Origin: an uncultured Alphaproteobacteria bacterium
GTDB lineage: Bacteria; Pseudomonadota; Alphaproteobacteria; Rhizobiales; Xanthobacteraceae
NCBI GenBank assembly: GCA_963779855.1
Contig: CAWAAE010000006.1
Span: 288,963-352,962, forward strand
Direction: 5' to 3'
DNA length: 64,000 nucleotides
Positions 1 to 9,850 of the stretch are shown piece by piece. Position 1 is the first letter of the stretch, and each line of letters opens with the position of its first letter. Below the pieces are notes generated by a model, which did not search any database, was not told the origin of the DNA, and worked only from the letters and a program-made list of their open reading frames with translations. The translations under genes were made by a program, and so were the position numbers.

Positions 1-803
1 CAGGCGCTTTTGATGGGCTCTCGGCGCGGCTTGTCGAACAGGCCGGCTTTCCGGCGATTTACGCCAGCGGCGGCGCCATCGCGCGCTCCGCCGGAGTGCC
101 GGATCTCGGGCTATTGTCGATGAGCACGATCGTCGACCGGCTCGCTTCGATGGTGGATGTCGTTGCGGCGCCGCTCATTGCCGACGCCGATACCGGTTAC
201 GGCAACGCGCTCAATGCCCAAGCCGCCGCGCGCGCCTTCGAACGCGCCGGGGTCGCCGCTTTCCATCTTGAGGATCAGACCTTCCCGAAGAAGTGCGGTC
301 ATTACGACGACAAGAGCCTCGTGCCGGTGGCTGAGATGGTGCGGAAGCTCAAAGCCGTGCGCGATGCCTTGCATGATCCCGACTTCATTCTCATCGCGCG
401 GACGGACGCCATCGCCGTCGAAGGATTCTCCGCCGCCATCGATCGCGCGTCGTCCTATCTTGAGGCGGGTGCCGACATGAGCTTCGTGGAAGCGCCAACC
501 TCGGAAGACGAAATCGCCGAAGTTGCAAAACGCCTGCCGGGTTGGAAGCTCATCAACATGTTCGAGGGCGGCAAAACGCCGCTCGTTCCGGTGCCGCGGC
601 TCGAAGCTCTTGGCTATCAGGTCGTCATCATCCCGAGCGATACCCAGCGCACCGCCATCAAGGCCATGCAGCGCGTGCTCGCCGCAATCGCGCACGACGG
701 CAGCGCTGCGTCGATGCGTAGCGAAATGGCCTCATTCAAGGAGCGCGAAGCCCTTGTCGATACCGCGGCCTATCTCGACCGCGCCAAGCAATACGGTTCA
801 TGA
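1..803 (+). CDS. isocitrate lyase/PEP mutase superfamily enzyme (methylisocitrate lyase / carboxyvinyl-carboxyphosphonate phosphorylmutase-like); N-terminus cut by window edge
   Basis: Frame 3 is open from base 3 and reads GAFDGLSARLVEQAGFPAIYASGGAIARS...IADADTGYGNALN...IARTDA, the conserved core of this family. Stop at 801-803. Confidence 0.8.
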   Translation, partial: GAFDGLSARLVEQAGFPAIYASGGAIARSAGVPDLGLLSMSTIVDRLASMVDVVAAPLIADADTGYGNALNAQAAARAFERAGVAAFHLEDQTFPKKCGHYDDKSLVPVAEMVRKLKAVRDALHDPDFILIARTDAIAVEGFSAAIDRASSYLEAGADMSFVEAPTSEDEIAEVAKRLPGWKLINMFEGGKTPLVPVPRLEALGYQVVIIPSDTQRTAIKAMQRVLAAIAHDGSAASMRSEMASFKEREALVDTAAYLDRAKQYGS

Positions 804-877
804 GCGCGCGCCGACATTGACAATAAGAGCGCGCGCGCCATGATCGCGGCCCCGATGTGACAGGCGAGGAGCCTATC

Positions 878-1477
878 ATGGGACTTGCAGAAGAAATCCT
901 CGGTCTTGTTATCTTTCTCGGCGCGCATGTCTTCGTGACGATGCGCGATCGGCGCGCGGCGCTGGTCGCCCAGATCGGCGAATGGCCTTATCGCGGCCTG
1001 TTCTCCGTGGTGTCGATCGTCGGCGTCCTCCTCATCGCCTACGGCTTTGCCAACTACCGCGCCGCCGGCATGATTGTCGTGTGGAATCCGCCGGCCTGGA
1101 CGCGCCACATCGTGGTGATCCTGATGTGGCCCGCCAGCATCATGGTCGCCGCCGCCTACATTCCCGGCAATATCAAACGCGTGCTCAAGCACCCGATGCT
1201 GGTCGGGGTCAAAACCTGGGCGTTCGCGCATTTATGCGCCAATGGCGATCTCGGCGGTATGATCCTGTTCGGCGCGGTGCTGGCTTGGGCGGTGTATGAC
1301 CGGATCACGTTGAAACGCCGCGCCGATCCGGGCGCACCGCCAATTCCGGTGGGTGGCGCCAAAAACGATATCATCGCCATCGTCGTCGGCACCATCATCT
1401 ATCTGGCGCTCGGATTCGTATTCCACCCGATCGTCATCGGCGTACCGGCGTTCGGAACGCCGGCGCTTGGACATTGA
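878..1477 (+). CDS. NnrU family integral membrane protein
   Basis: About 200 aa multi-TM protein. The N-terminus [19 protein letters not shown] and overall pattern resemble NnrU-family proteins. ATG at 878 is preceded by GGAG; the track ORF starts at an upstream GTG at 857. Confidence 0.65.
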   Translation: MGLAEEILGLVIFLGAHVFVTMRDRRAALVAQIGEWPYRGLFSVVSIVGVLLIAYGFANYRAAGMIVVWNPPAWTRHIVVILMWPASIMVAAAYIPGNIKRVLKHPMLVGVKTWAFAHLCANGDLGGMILFGAVLAWAVYDRITLKRRADPGAPPIPVGGAKNDIIAIVVGTIIYLALGFVFHPIVIGVPAFGTPALGH

Positions 1478-1479
1478 CG

Positions 1480-2358
1480 ATGTCGGTGCAAGACGAAATT
1501 CGGCGGCGGACCGCGCCCGACATCCGCGCTCGCAAGGGCGGCGAGCCGATCGTGTGCCTGACCTCCTATCATGCGCACACCGCGCGGCTCGTCGACGCTT
1601 ATTGCGACGTCATTCTCGTCGGCGACTCGCTCGGCATGGTGATGCACGGTCTTGAAACCACGGTCCCGGTCACGCTCGACATGATGATCCTGCAGGGGCA
1701 TGCGGTGATGCGCGGCTCCGAGCGGGCATTGGTAGTCGTCGACATGCCATTCGGCTCCTACGAAGCATCGAAGGAACAAGCTTTCGTTTCCGCGGCGCGG
1801 GTGATGAAGGAAACCGGCTGCGGTGCGATCAAGATCGAAGGCGGGCGGCGGATGGAAGAGACCATCGCCTTTCTGGTCGAGCGCGGCGTGCCCGTCATGG
1901 GCCACGTCGGCCTGACGCCGCAGGCGATCAACACGATCGGCTCATTTCGCGCGCAAGGCCGCGATGAGAGCGACTGGGCGCCGATCGAAGCGGATGCGCG
2001 CGCGGTGGCGGATACCGGTGCATTTGCCGTCGTCCTCGAAGCAATTGCCGAGCCGCTCGGGCGCCGCATCACGGCGCAGGTCGCAATCCCGACTATCGGC
2101 ATCGGCGCCAGCGTCGCCTGCGACGGCCAAATCCTGGTGCTGGAGGATATGCTCGGATTGTCGCCGCGGGTGCCGAAATTCGTCAAACGCTTCGGCGATC
2201 TGGGCCCCTCGATCGAGCAGGCGATCAAAAGCTATGCCCAGGAAGTCCGGACGCGCACCTTTCCCGGGCCGGACCACGTCTACCCTATGCGCAAGCCCAC
2301 CGTGGGGTCCGCCGTGACCAAGCTCCGGGAGCGTGGTAAAGGCCCGTCGCGGGCTTGA
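1480..2358 (+). CDS. panB: 3-methyl-2-oxobutanoate hydroxymethyltransferase
   Basis: Full-length match in pattern to PanB ([32 protein letters not shown]). The start choice (ATG 1480 versus TTG 1474) is uncertain. Confidence 0.9.
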   Translation: MSVQDEIRRRTAPDIRARKGGEPIVCLTSYHAHTARLVDAYCDVILVGDSLGMVMHGLETTVPVTLDMMILQGHAVMRGSERALVVVDMPFGSYEASKEQAFVSAARVMKETGCGAIKIEGGRRMEETIAFLVERGVPVMGHVGLTPQAINTIGSFRAQGRDESDWAPIEADARAVADTGAFAVVLEAIAEPLGRRITAQVAIPTIGIGASVACDGQILVLEDMLGLSPRVPKFVKRFGDLGPSIEQAIKSYAQEVRTRTFPGPDHVYPMRKPTVGSAVTKLRERGKGPSRA

Positions 2359-2604
2359 AGGGCCTAAATCATGCGGGATGGTCACCGGCGTGGCGGCGCG
2401 TTTTGCCTTGCTCGCGCCACATCATTAAACTAGTTGCGACAAGGCGTTACGGCCGCCGACCGGGCGCCAAGTGAACGGATTTTTGATTTCGTCCAGGTTC
2501 CGCTCGAAAAGTGGGCTTTTTTTCCGAGCCGGAACCGGCGCGAGTTTTCCAGGCCCGCATTTTCCGGGCAAATGCAATGAGTGCTGGGGCTGAGGACGGG
2601 TTGC

Positions 2605-3258
2605 GTGACCGACATATTCAATGAAGTCGACGAGGAAGTCCGCCGCGAACAGCTCAAGAAGCTGTGGGAGCGCTACGGTAACCACCTCATCGCGCTCTGC
2701 ATTGTGATTGTCGCGGGTGTTGGCGCCTGGCGCGGCTACGAATGGTGGCAAGGCAAGCAGGCGGCGCAATCCGGCGCCGCGTTCGAACAGGCCGTCGAGC
2801 TCGCGGAAGGCGGCAAGCATCAGGAGGCCGAAGCGGCCTTCGCCAAGCTCGCCACCGATGGTACGGCCGGTTATCGCGTCCTCGCGCGGCTACGCGAAGC
2901 CGCACAACTTGCTCCGACCGACCGCAAGGCCGCTGTTCAGGCATATGACGAGATCGCGGCCGACCAAAATGCCGGACAGGTGATCCGGGACTTGGCGACG
3001 GTGCGCGCCGGTTATTTGCTGGTCGACACTGCGCCTTACTCCGAGCTTCTTGCCCGACTTCAGCCGTTGACGGCTGCCGATCGCACGTTTCGCCACACCG
3101 CGCGCGAGATTTTGGCGCTCTCCGCCTGGAAGTCCAGTGACATGACAGCGGCGCGAAAGTGGACCGATATGATCATGAGCGATCCGCAGACGCCCGCAGG
3201 AACGCGCAGCCGCGCCGAAGTTCTGAGCGAGCTCATCGCGGCGAGCAACAAGGGCTGA
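2605..3258 (+). CDS. YfgM-like tetratricopeptide membrane protein
   Basis: N-terminus (V)TDIFNEVDEEVRREQLKKLWERYG is followed by one TM segment and an Ala-rich TPR-like domain. It sits upstream of der, as yfgM does in proteobacteria. GTG start at 2605 is inferred. Confidence 0.6.
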   Translation: MTDIFNEVDEEVRREQLKKLWERYGNHLIALCIVIVAGVGAWRGYEWWQGKQAAQSGAAFEQAVELAEGGKHQEAEAAFAKLATDGTAGYRVLARLREAAQLAPTDRKAAVQAYDEIAADQNAGQVIRDLATVRAGYLLVDTAPYSELLARLQPLTAADRTFRHTAREILALSAWKSSDMTAARKWTDMIMSDPQTPAGTRSRAEVLSELIAASNKG

Positions 3259-3262
3259 GCGG

Positions 3263-3889
3263 ATGCCGATGCGGTACAACTCTCCGCTGTTTCGCGCCCC
3301 CTTGGCGTTCGCGCTTTTGCTCGTGCTCGCGGCCTGCACCCCCGGCGGTCAGTTTGATCCGACGCAGATTTTCAATTCGGACATGTTTGACAGTAAGACG
3401 AAGCTGACGGGTCAGCGCGAACCGCTATTTCCCAATGGCGTTCCCGGCACGGCCACCGGCGTGCCGGCGGATCTGGTGAAGGGCTATCAGCCACCGCCCG
3501 ATCAGTCGGCTGTCGACGCCGATGCGGTAGGCGCGCCGCCTCCGGCAGCAGCAGCAAAGCCCGAGGCGAAGCCGAAACCGAAGCCCAAACCGTCAGTCGC
3601 AGTCGCACGGCGCCCGAAACAAAATGCGGTGGGGGTCGAAACACCGCCGCCGTCGACGCCGACACGGATCGATATAGGTGCGTCGGGCGCCCCTGCGCAA
3701 CAGCCCGCACAAACGGCTTGGCCGGCGCCGCCGCCAACCGCGCCGTCGCAGCCGGCGGGACAATATGCCTGGCCGGCTCCGCCGCAAACCGCGCCGGCTT
3801 CGCCGCAAACCGCACCGGCTTCGCAAGCGGGACAGTCATCGCAGTCGATCTGGCCAAATCCTCCGGCGACCGGCACATCTTCTCAATAG
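3263..3889 (+). CDS. proline-rich lipoprotein (hypothetical)
   Basis: Signal peptide with lipobox LLVLAAC. The remainder is Pro/Ala/Gln-rich low complexity with repeated WPAPP motifs. Confidence 0.55.
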   Translation: MPMRYNSPLFRAPLAFALLLVLAACTPGGQFDPTQIFNSDMFDSKTKLTGQREPLFPNGVPGTATGVPADLVKGYQPPPDQSAVDADAVGAPPPAAAAKPEAKPKPKPKPSVAVARRPKQNAVGVETPPPSTPTRIDIGASGAPAQQPAQTAWPAPPPTAPSQPAGQYAWPAPPQTAPASPQTAPASQAGQSSQSIWPNPPATGTSSQ

Positions 3890-4024
3890 CCCCGGGGCTC
3901 GATGCATACGCGGCCGTGGGCACGGCCGCGCCGGCCTGAAAACGCGTTACTTGATTTCCACTGCGCGTCCGCCGCGCCGGTCTGGATAGGATGATATGAA
4001 GCTATTCTTGTCGAAGCCCTGACC

Positions 4025-5386
4025 ATGTCCTTCACCGTCGTCATCGTCGGCCGGCCGAATGTCGGCAAATCGACGCTGTTCAATCGGCTTGTCGGCCGCC
4101 GTCTTGCGCTGGTTGACGATCAACCGGGCGTTACGCGCGACCGGCGAGAAGGTGACGCGAAGCTCGGCGATCTTGCTTTCAAAGTGATCGACACTGCCGG
4201 CCTCGAAGCCGCCGAGCGGGAAAGCCTGTCGGAGCGAATGCAGGCGCAGACCGCGGCGGCGATCGAGCAGGCGGATGCGGTTCTCTTCCTCGTAGATGCG
4301 CGCGCCGGCGCAACGGCGGAGGATCGCGCCTTCGCCAATCTCGTGCGCAAGTCAGGCAAGCCGGCGATCCTCGTCGCCAATAAATGCGAAGGGCGCGCCG
4401 GCGAGGCGGGCGCGCTCGAAGCCTATGCGCTCGGTCTTGGCGAACCCATCGCGATCAGTGCCGAGCACGGCGAAGGATTGGCCGATCTCTACGATGCGCT
4501 GCGGACTGCATTGCCCGAGGCGACGGCGGAGCGCGAAGAGGTTGACGCCGTGGCTCCCGAACTGCAACCCATCCGCATTGCCATCGTCGGGCGGCCGAAT
4601 ACCGGCAAATCGACACTGATTAATCGCTTGCTCGGCGAGGATCGGCTGTTGACCGGACCCGAAACCGGCATCACGCGCGATGCGATTGCCGTCGATCTCA
4701 CCTGGCAGGACCATCGCTTGCGCATTCACGACACTGCCGGCCTGCGGCGTCGCTCCCGGATCGAGGAGAAGCTGGAAAAGCTTTCGGTGGCCGATGCACT
4801 CAATGCCATCCGCTTCGCCGAGGTCGTCATCGTGCTCATCGACGCACAGACGCCATTCGAGGAACAAGACGTCCGCATTGCCGACCTGGTCGAGCGGGAA
4901 GGGCGCGCGGTCGTCATCGCCGTCAACAAATGGGACTTGATCGAGGCGGAAACGGGCGCGCTATCGCGATTGCGCGGCGCGGTCGATCGCATGCTGCCGC
5001 AAATCAAGGGTGTCCCGGTCGTCGTTTTGTCAGCAAAGAGCGGACAGGGTCTCGATAAATTGATGGAAGCGGTGATGACGGCGCACTCGGTGTGGAACCG
5101 CCGAGCGCCGACGGCGGCGCTCAACCGTTTCCTGGCGGCGGCTATCGCAACGAATCCGCCCCCCGCGCTGCGCGGCCGTCGGCTGCGGCTCGATTACATC
5201 ACGCAGCCGAAATCGCGGCCGCCGACCTTTGTACTGTTCTCATCGCGCCCCAGCGAGCTTCCCGAGACTTACCGTCGCTATCTGATCAATAGCTTGCGCG
5301 AACAATTTGCGCTGCCGGGCACGCCGATCCGGCTCACGATGCGGGCGAAGGTCAATCCTTACGCCGGGAAAAGACGCCGACGCTAG
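4025..5386 (+). CDS. der: ribosome-associated GTPase Der (EngA)
   Basis: Two tandem GTPase domains with G1 motifs [12 protein letters not shown] and [12 protein letters not shown], plus a C-terminal KH-like domain. Confidence 0.95.
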   Translation: MSFTVVIVGRPNVGKSTLFNRLVGRRLALVDDQPGVTRDRREGDAKLGDLAFKVIDTAGLEAAERESLSERMQAQTAAAIEQADAVLFLVDARAGATAEDRAFANLVRKSGKPAILVANKCEGRAGEAGALEAYALGLGEPIAISAEHGEGLADLYDALRTALPEATAEREEVDAVAPELQPIRIAIVGRPNTGKSTLINRLLGEDRLLTGPETGITRDAIAVDLTWQDHRLRIHDTAGLRRRSRIEEKLEKLSVADALNAIRFAEVVIVLIDAQTPFEEQDVRIADLVEREGRAVVIAVNKWDLIEAETGALSRLRGAVDRMLPQIKGVPVVVLSAKSGQGLDKLMEAVMTAHSVWNRRAPTAALNRFLAAAIATNPPPALRGRRLRLDYITQPKSRPPTFVLFSSRPSELPETYRRYLINSLREQFALPGTPIRLTMRAKVNPYAGKRRRR

Positions 5387-5434
5387 AGCATGATCCCGAA
5401 AAGTGGTCACCGGTTTTCGGAAAAGATCATGCTC
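5386..5434. repeat. 49-bp palindromic intergenic repeat, copy A
   Basis: GAGCATGATCCCGAAAAGTGGTCACCGGTTTTCGGAAAAGATCATGCTC. The outer 10-bp arms GAGCATGATC/GATCATGCTC and the inner arms CCGAAAA/TTTTCGG are self-complementary. It lies between the convergent der and SDR gene ends. Confidence 0.8.
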
Positions 5435-5446
5435 AAATATAAACGT

Positions 5447-6187
5447 TCACGCCGGCGGCATGAATTGCAGAAGCTTGCCGGCGCGGAAATCGTAGAGCTT
5501 GCCGGTTTCGGAGAAACTCGGCAGGCAGAGATCGATGATTTTTTCCGCGACTTGTTCCGGCGTCGGCAGCGTCATTGGGTCTTCGCCCGGCATGACCAAT
5601 GCCCGCATCCGGGTGCGCGTCGGGCCGGGATTGAACAGATTGACACGCAACGGCGTGGAGGTCGTTTCATCGGCATAGGTTCGCGCCAGCGCGTTCAGCG
5701 CCGCTTTCGACACCGAATAGGGACCGGCATAGGCGCGGGCATTCGTGGCGGCGCCTGAAGTGATGAACACGGCGCGGCCGGCCGTCGAGCGCTTGAGCAA
5801 CGGATCCATGGCGCGAATCAGGTGCCAATTTGCGGTGACGTTGACAGCCATGACTTCATCCCAATTCTGCGGCTCGACATGATCGAGCGGCGAGCGTTGA
5901 CCCACGACCGCGGCGTTGCCGATAAGCACATCGAGCCGCTGGTACCGCTCGTTCAGCGAGGTGGCGAGCCGGTAAATACCCGCGTAATCGCGCATATCGA
6001 GCGGCACCAGCGTCGCCGAACCGCCGGCTGCGCGGACCGCGTCGTCGAGCTCTTCGAGCGCCCCTTGGGTACGCCCGACCGCGACGACGTGCGCGCCGGC
6101 GCGCGCGAGGTGAAGCGCCGTCGCTTGTCCAATGCCGCGCGAGGCGCCGGTGACGAGCGCAATACGGTCAGCGAGTGGTTGCGGCAT
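5447..6187 (-). CDS. SDR family oxidoreductase
   Basis: N-terminal TGASRGIG Rossmann motif and YSVSK (YxxxK) catalytic motif. Confidence 0.85.
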   Translation of the reverse strand: MPQPLADRIALVTGASRGIGQATALHLARAGAHVVAVGRTQGALEELDDAVRAAGGSATLVPLDMRDYAGIYRLATSLNERYQRLDVLIGNAAVVGQRSPLDHVEPQNWDEVMAVNVTANWHLIRAMDPLLKRSTAGRAVFITSGAATNARAYAGPYSVSKAALNALARTYADETTSTPLRVNLFNPGPTRTRMRALVMPGEDPMTLPTPEQVAEKIIDLCLPSFSETGKLYDFRAGKLLQFMPPA

Positions 6188-6190
6188 TCC

Positions 6191-7654
6191 TCAGCTCGCC
6201 TCGGCGAGCAGCGAAAGTTGGCGAGGCGTGGCTTCGTGTGCGGTGCGGTCGGTCAGGGGGGTCGGATATTCGCCGGTGAAGCAATGATCGGTGAATTGCG
6301 GCCGCGCGGGATCGCGGCCTTTCTCGCCCATGGCGCGATAAATGCCGTCGACTGATAGGAATGCCAGCGAATCCGCGCCGATAAATTTCCGCATGCCTTC
6401 GAGATCGTGCGTGGCTGCGAGCAACTTGTCCTGCTCCGGCGTATCGATACCATAGTAATCCGGGTGCGTGATCGGCGGCGAAGCGATGCGGAAATGCACT
6501 TCGCGAGCGCCAGCATCGCGCATCATTTGCACGATTTTCACCGAAGTCGTGCCGCGCACGATCGAATCGTCGATCAGGACGATGCGCTTGCCGGCCACCA
6601 CGGCGCGATTGGCACTGTGTTTGAGCCGCACGCCAAGCTGGCGGATGTGCTGCGTCGGCTCGATGAAGGTACGTCCGACATAGTGATTGCGGATGATACC
6701 GAGCTCGTAGGGAATTCGCGATTCTTGGGCATAGCCGATAGCGGCCGGCACGCCGGAATCGGGAACCGGGACGACGACGTCGGCGGAGGCGGGCGCTTCG
6801 CGGGCGAGCTCCGCGCCGCAAGTCTTGCGCACGTTATAGACGCTGCGGCCGCCGATCATGGAGTCGGGTCGCGAAAAATAGACATATTCGAAAATGCAGG
6901 GCCGCGGCGGCATCGCCGGAAACGGCTTGTGCGAATGCGCGCCTTCCTCGTCGAAGATGAGAACCTCGCCGTTTTCCACGTCGCGCACGTATTGCGCGCC
7001 GATGATGTCGAGAGCGCAAGTTTCGGAGGCGAGGATGGGACAGCCGTCGAGCTTGCCGAACACCAGCGGCCGGATGCCCAGCGGGTCGCGCGCGCCGACG
7101 AGTTTCTTATTGGTGAGGCCGACAAAGGCGTAGGAGCCTTCGAGCATGCGCAGTCCTTCGACGAATCGGTCGACGAAGCGATTGCGGTGCGAGCGCGCCA
7201 CCAGATGAAGGATCACCTCGGTGTCGGTCGTCGATTGCATCATGGCGCCTTCGCGCACCAGTTGGCGGCGCAGCGTCAGGCCGTTGGTGAGATTGCCGTT
7301 ATGCCCAACGGCGAAGCCGCCGGCATTGAGCTCGGCAAACAGCGGTTGCACATTTCGCAAAATGGTTTCGCCGGTCGTCGAATAGCGCACATGGCCGACC
7401 GCGGCTGTGCCGGGCAGCCGATCGATCACCTCGCGCCGGGAAAAGGCGTCGCCGACCAGGCCGAGGCGACGTTCGGAGTGGAAGCGCTTGCCGTCGAACG
7501 AGACGATACCGGCGGCTTCTTGACCGCGGTGCTGGAGCGCATGCAGGCCCAGCGCCGTAATGGCGGCGGCATCGGGATGACCGAAGATGCCGAATACTCC
7601 GCATTCTTCGCGGAGCCGGTCCGCGTCAAGATCGAGGAGATCGGGGTCGGTCAT
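6191..7654 (-). CDS. purF: amidophosphoribosyltransferase
   Basis: Ntn-amidotransferase N-terminus ...ECGVFGIFGH and PRTase motif VLIDDSIVRGTTS. Confidence 0.95.
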   Translation of the reverse strand: MTDPDLLDLDADRLREECGVFGIFGHPDAAAITALGLHALQHRGQEAAGIVSFDGKRFHSERRLGLVGDAFSRREVIDRLPGTAAVGHVRYSTTGETILRNVQPLFAELNAGGFAVGHNGNLTNGLTLRRQLVREGAMMQSTTDTEVILHLVARSHRNRFVDRFVEGLRMLEGSYAFVGLTNKKLVGARDPLGIRPLVFGKLDGCPILASETCALDIIGAQYVRDVENGEVLIFDEEGAHSHKPFPAMPPRPCIFEYVYFSRPDSMIGGRSVYNVRKTCGAELAREAPASADVVVPVPDSGVPAAIGYAQESRIPYELGIIRNHYVGRTFIEPTQHIRQLGVRLKHSANRAVVAGKRIVLIDDSIVRGTTSVKIVQMMRDAGAREVHFRIASPPITHPDYYGIDTPEQDKLLAATHDLEGMRKFIGADSLAFLSVDGIYRAMGEKGRDPARPQFTDHCFTGEYPTPLTDRTAHEATPRQLSLLAEAS

Positions 7655-8247
7655 GAGTTCCGGTCCTCCAGCCTGTCGAGCTCGCTGTGCTGCTGATCGG
7701 GAGCGGCATCCGGGTTGTCGGTATCCTCCGGGTGCGGCTTCTTCAGCTTGTTTAAAATGGTGCTTTCAGGGTCTTCCGGCAACATCGAGATCAGCCATTG
7801 TCCCGTCCCCGCCAGGACGACTCGCGATTTTGCGCCTTTGACCCATTCCGGCTGACTGCGGTCGGGAACGAGCCAGGTAAAGAACTGGAAGGCGACAACT
7901 ACGATGATCAATCCGCGGCCGAGCCCGAACAGGAAGCCGAGGGTGCGATCGAGCGCGCCGACGCGGCTATCGAGCACCATGTCGGAGATTCTTATGGTTA
8001 AAACCGAGACGACCAAGAGCGTGATCAGGAACACGCCGCCGACCACCGCCGCGGCGGCGACAATGTCGTTGTTGAAGTACTCTTTGGCGAAGGGCAGCAG
8101 CTTCCCGTATGAGTAGAGCGTTGCCGCGGCGGCCAGTATCCAGGCGGTGATGGACAGCACCTCCCGCATAAAGCCGCGCACCATGGCGAGCAGCCCGGAG
8201 ATCAACATCACGGCGATCAGAACGATATCCAGCAGCGTAATCGGCAT
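7651..8247 (-). CDS. cvpA: CvpA family membrane protein
   Basis: Four-TM protein beginning MPITLLDIVLIAVMLISGLLAMVRGF. It lies immediately upstream of purF, overlapping by 4 nt, which is the classical cvpA-purF arrangement. Confidence 0.8.
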   Translation of the reverse strand: MPITLLDIVLIAVMLISGLLAMVRGFMREVLSITAWILAAAATLYSYGKLLPFAKEYFNNDIVAAAAVVGGVFLITLLVVSVLTIRISDMVLDSRVGALDRTLGFLFGLGRGLIIVVVAFQFFTWLVPDRSQPEWVKGAKSRVVLAGTGQWLISMLPEDPESTILNKLKKPHPEDTDNPDAAPDQQHSELDRLEDRNS

Positions 8248-8431
8248 AGGTTACCAGTCCGCTCGCCAGCGAATGCCCGCGCCCCGCCTACTTCCGCCGG
8301 CTGTATAGCCGGGCTCCAGCACGCCGTCACCCGTCTTCTCGGGCGCTCAACAGGATCAGCTCGGTAGCAGCCATGATTCCCAGCCGGAACCGTCATAATC
8401 CAATTGTTAATTGACATTCGAAAGCCCGGAT

Positions 8432-8446
8432 GCCCGCGAGGCGGGC
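8432..8446 (-). terminator. GC-rich hairpin just downstream of the radA stop (possible terminator)
   Basis: GCCCGC-GAG-GCGGGC has a 6-bp stem. On the minus strand it is followed by a moderately T-rich stretch. Confidence 0.3.
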
Positions 8447-8457
8447 GCCGATCGGAC

Positions 8458-9849
8458 TTAAGCGTCCTGGCGGCCGACGCGGCGCAGCGGCGGTGTGCCG
8501 TCACGGGCGATATCGGCGACAAGATTGGCAAGCATGCCGATGGCGGACAGCGAGAAGCCTTCGGGAGCTTCGTTGCGTGCCGCTTCCGGGACGATTGCCT
8601 TTGTGAAACCAAGTTTCTGCGCCTCCTTAAGCCGCGCCGCCGTTTGCGCCACCGGTCGCACGGCGCCGGAAAGCGACACTTCGCCGAAATAAACGGCATC
8701 GACAGGGAGCGGTGCGCGCGCAAGCGAAGAAACCAAGGCCGCAGCCGCGGCGACGTCGGCTGCCGGTTCTTGGATGCGCAGGCCCCCGGCGACGTTGAGA
8801 TAGACATCATGCCCGGACAGACGGACGCCGCAATGCGCCTCGAGCACCGCCAGCACCATCGACAGCCGATTCGGGTCCCAGCCGACTACCGCCCGGCGCG
8901 GAGTGCCGAGCGCCGTCGGTGCAACCAACGCCTGAATCTCGACCAAGAGCGGCCGTGTTCCCTCGATTCCGGCGAAGACGGCCGTGCCGGGGCTACCGAG
9001 ATCGCGTTCGGACAGGAATAGCTCGGACGGGTTTGCGACTTCGCGCAAGCCCGCTCCGGTCATCTCGAATACGCCGATTTCGTCGGTGGGCCCGAACCGG
9101 TTCTTGATGGCTCGCAAAATGCGGAATTGCTGTGAGCCTTCGCCTTGAAAGGACAGAACGGCATCGACCATGTGCTCGACGACGCGCGGACCGGCAATCT
9201 GGCCGTCCTTGGTGACATGGCCGACCAGGATCACGGCCGCGCCGGTGCGCTTGGCGAATCGGATCAGCTCCGCGGCCGAGCCGCGGACCTGGGTCACGGT
9301 GCCGGGCGCTGCTTCGACGGTTTGCGTCCACATCGTCTGAATCGAATCGATGACAAGCAGCCGCGGGATTGAGCCTTGCGACAGTGTCGCCACGATGTCC
9401 TCGATCGAGGTCTCGGCCGCCACCTCGACCATCGCGTCGGCGAGCCCGAGGCGCTCAGCGCGCAGCCGGACCTGCGCTACCGCCTCTTCCCCGGAAATAT
9501 AGACGGCGCGGTGACGGCCGCGCGCGAATACGGCGGCAACTTCGAGCAATAGGGTCGATTTGCCAATTCCGGGATCGCCGCCAAGCAGCAGCACCGAGCC
9601 GCGCACGAGGCCGCCGCCGGTCACGCGATCGAATTCGGCGATGCCGGAGGCAAGCCGCGGCGCATCGTGCGCTTCACCCTTAAGCGTTTCGACCGCGAAA
9701 AGCCTTCCCTTACGCGCGGAACGCCGTGGTCCTTCGGCGCCTTCCTCGACCAGTGTATTCCACTCGCCGCAGGCTTCGCACTTGCCGGCCCAACGCGCGA
9801 AGGCCGCGCCGCAACTCTGGCAGACGAAGTTTTGAGCGCGTGCGGCCAT
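8458..9849 (-). CDS. radA: DNA repair protein RadA
   Basis: Zinc finger CQSCGAAFARWAGKCEACGEWNT, Walker A GDPGIGKSTLLL, KNRFG motif and a Lon-like C-terminal domain. The ATG at 9849 abuts the alr stop; the track ORF extends further, to 9936. Confidence 0.92.
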   Translation of the reverse strand: MAARAQNFVCQSCGAAFARWAGKCEACGEWNTLVEEGAEGPRRSARKGRLFAVETLKGEAHDAPRLASGIAEFDRVTGGGLVRGSVLLLGGDPGIGKSTLLLEVAAVFARGRHRAVYISGEEAVAQVRLRAERLGLADAMVEVAAETSIEDIVATLSQGSIPRLLVIDSIQTMWTQTVEAAPGTVTQVRGSAAELIRFAKRTGAAVILVGHVTKDGQIAGPRVVEHMVDAVLSFQGEGSQQFRILRAIKNRFGPTDEIGVFEMTGAGLREVANPSELFLSERDLGSPGTAVFAGIEGTRPLLVEIQALVAPTALGTPRRAVVGWDPNRLSMVLAVLEAHCGVRLSGHDVYLNVAGGLRIQEPAADVAAAAALVSSLARAPLPVDAVYFGEVSLSGAVRPVAQTAARLKEAQKLGFTKAIVPEAARNEAPEGFSLSAIGMLANLVADIARDGTPPLRRVGRQDA

Positions 9850-9850
9850 T

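Noticed and set aside
6407-7696. A 429-aa plus-strand ORF opposite purF. Similar shadow ORFs occur opposite fabD (16917-17642), fabF (19350-20309), lptG (30974-31951) and dnaB (11560-11971), among others.
   Set aside because: Each overlaps, in antisense or in an alternate frame, a gene with clear family motifs. None has motifs of its own.
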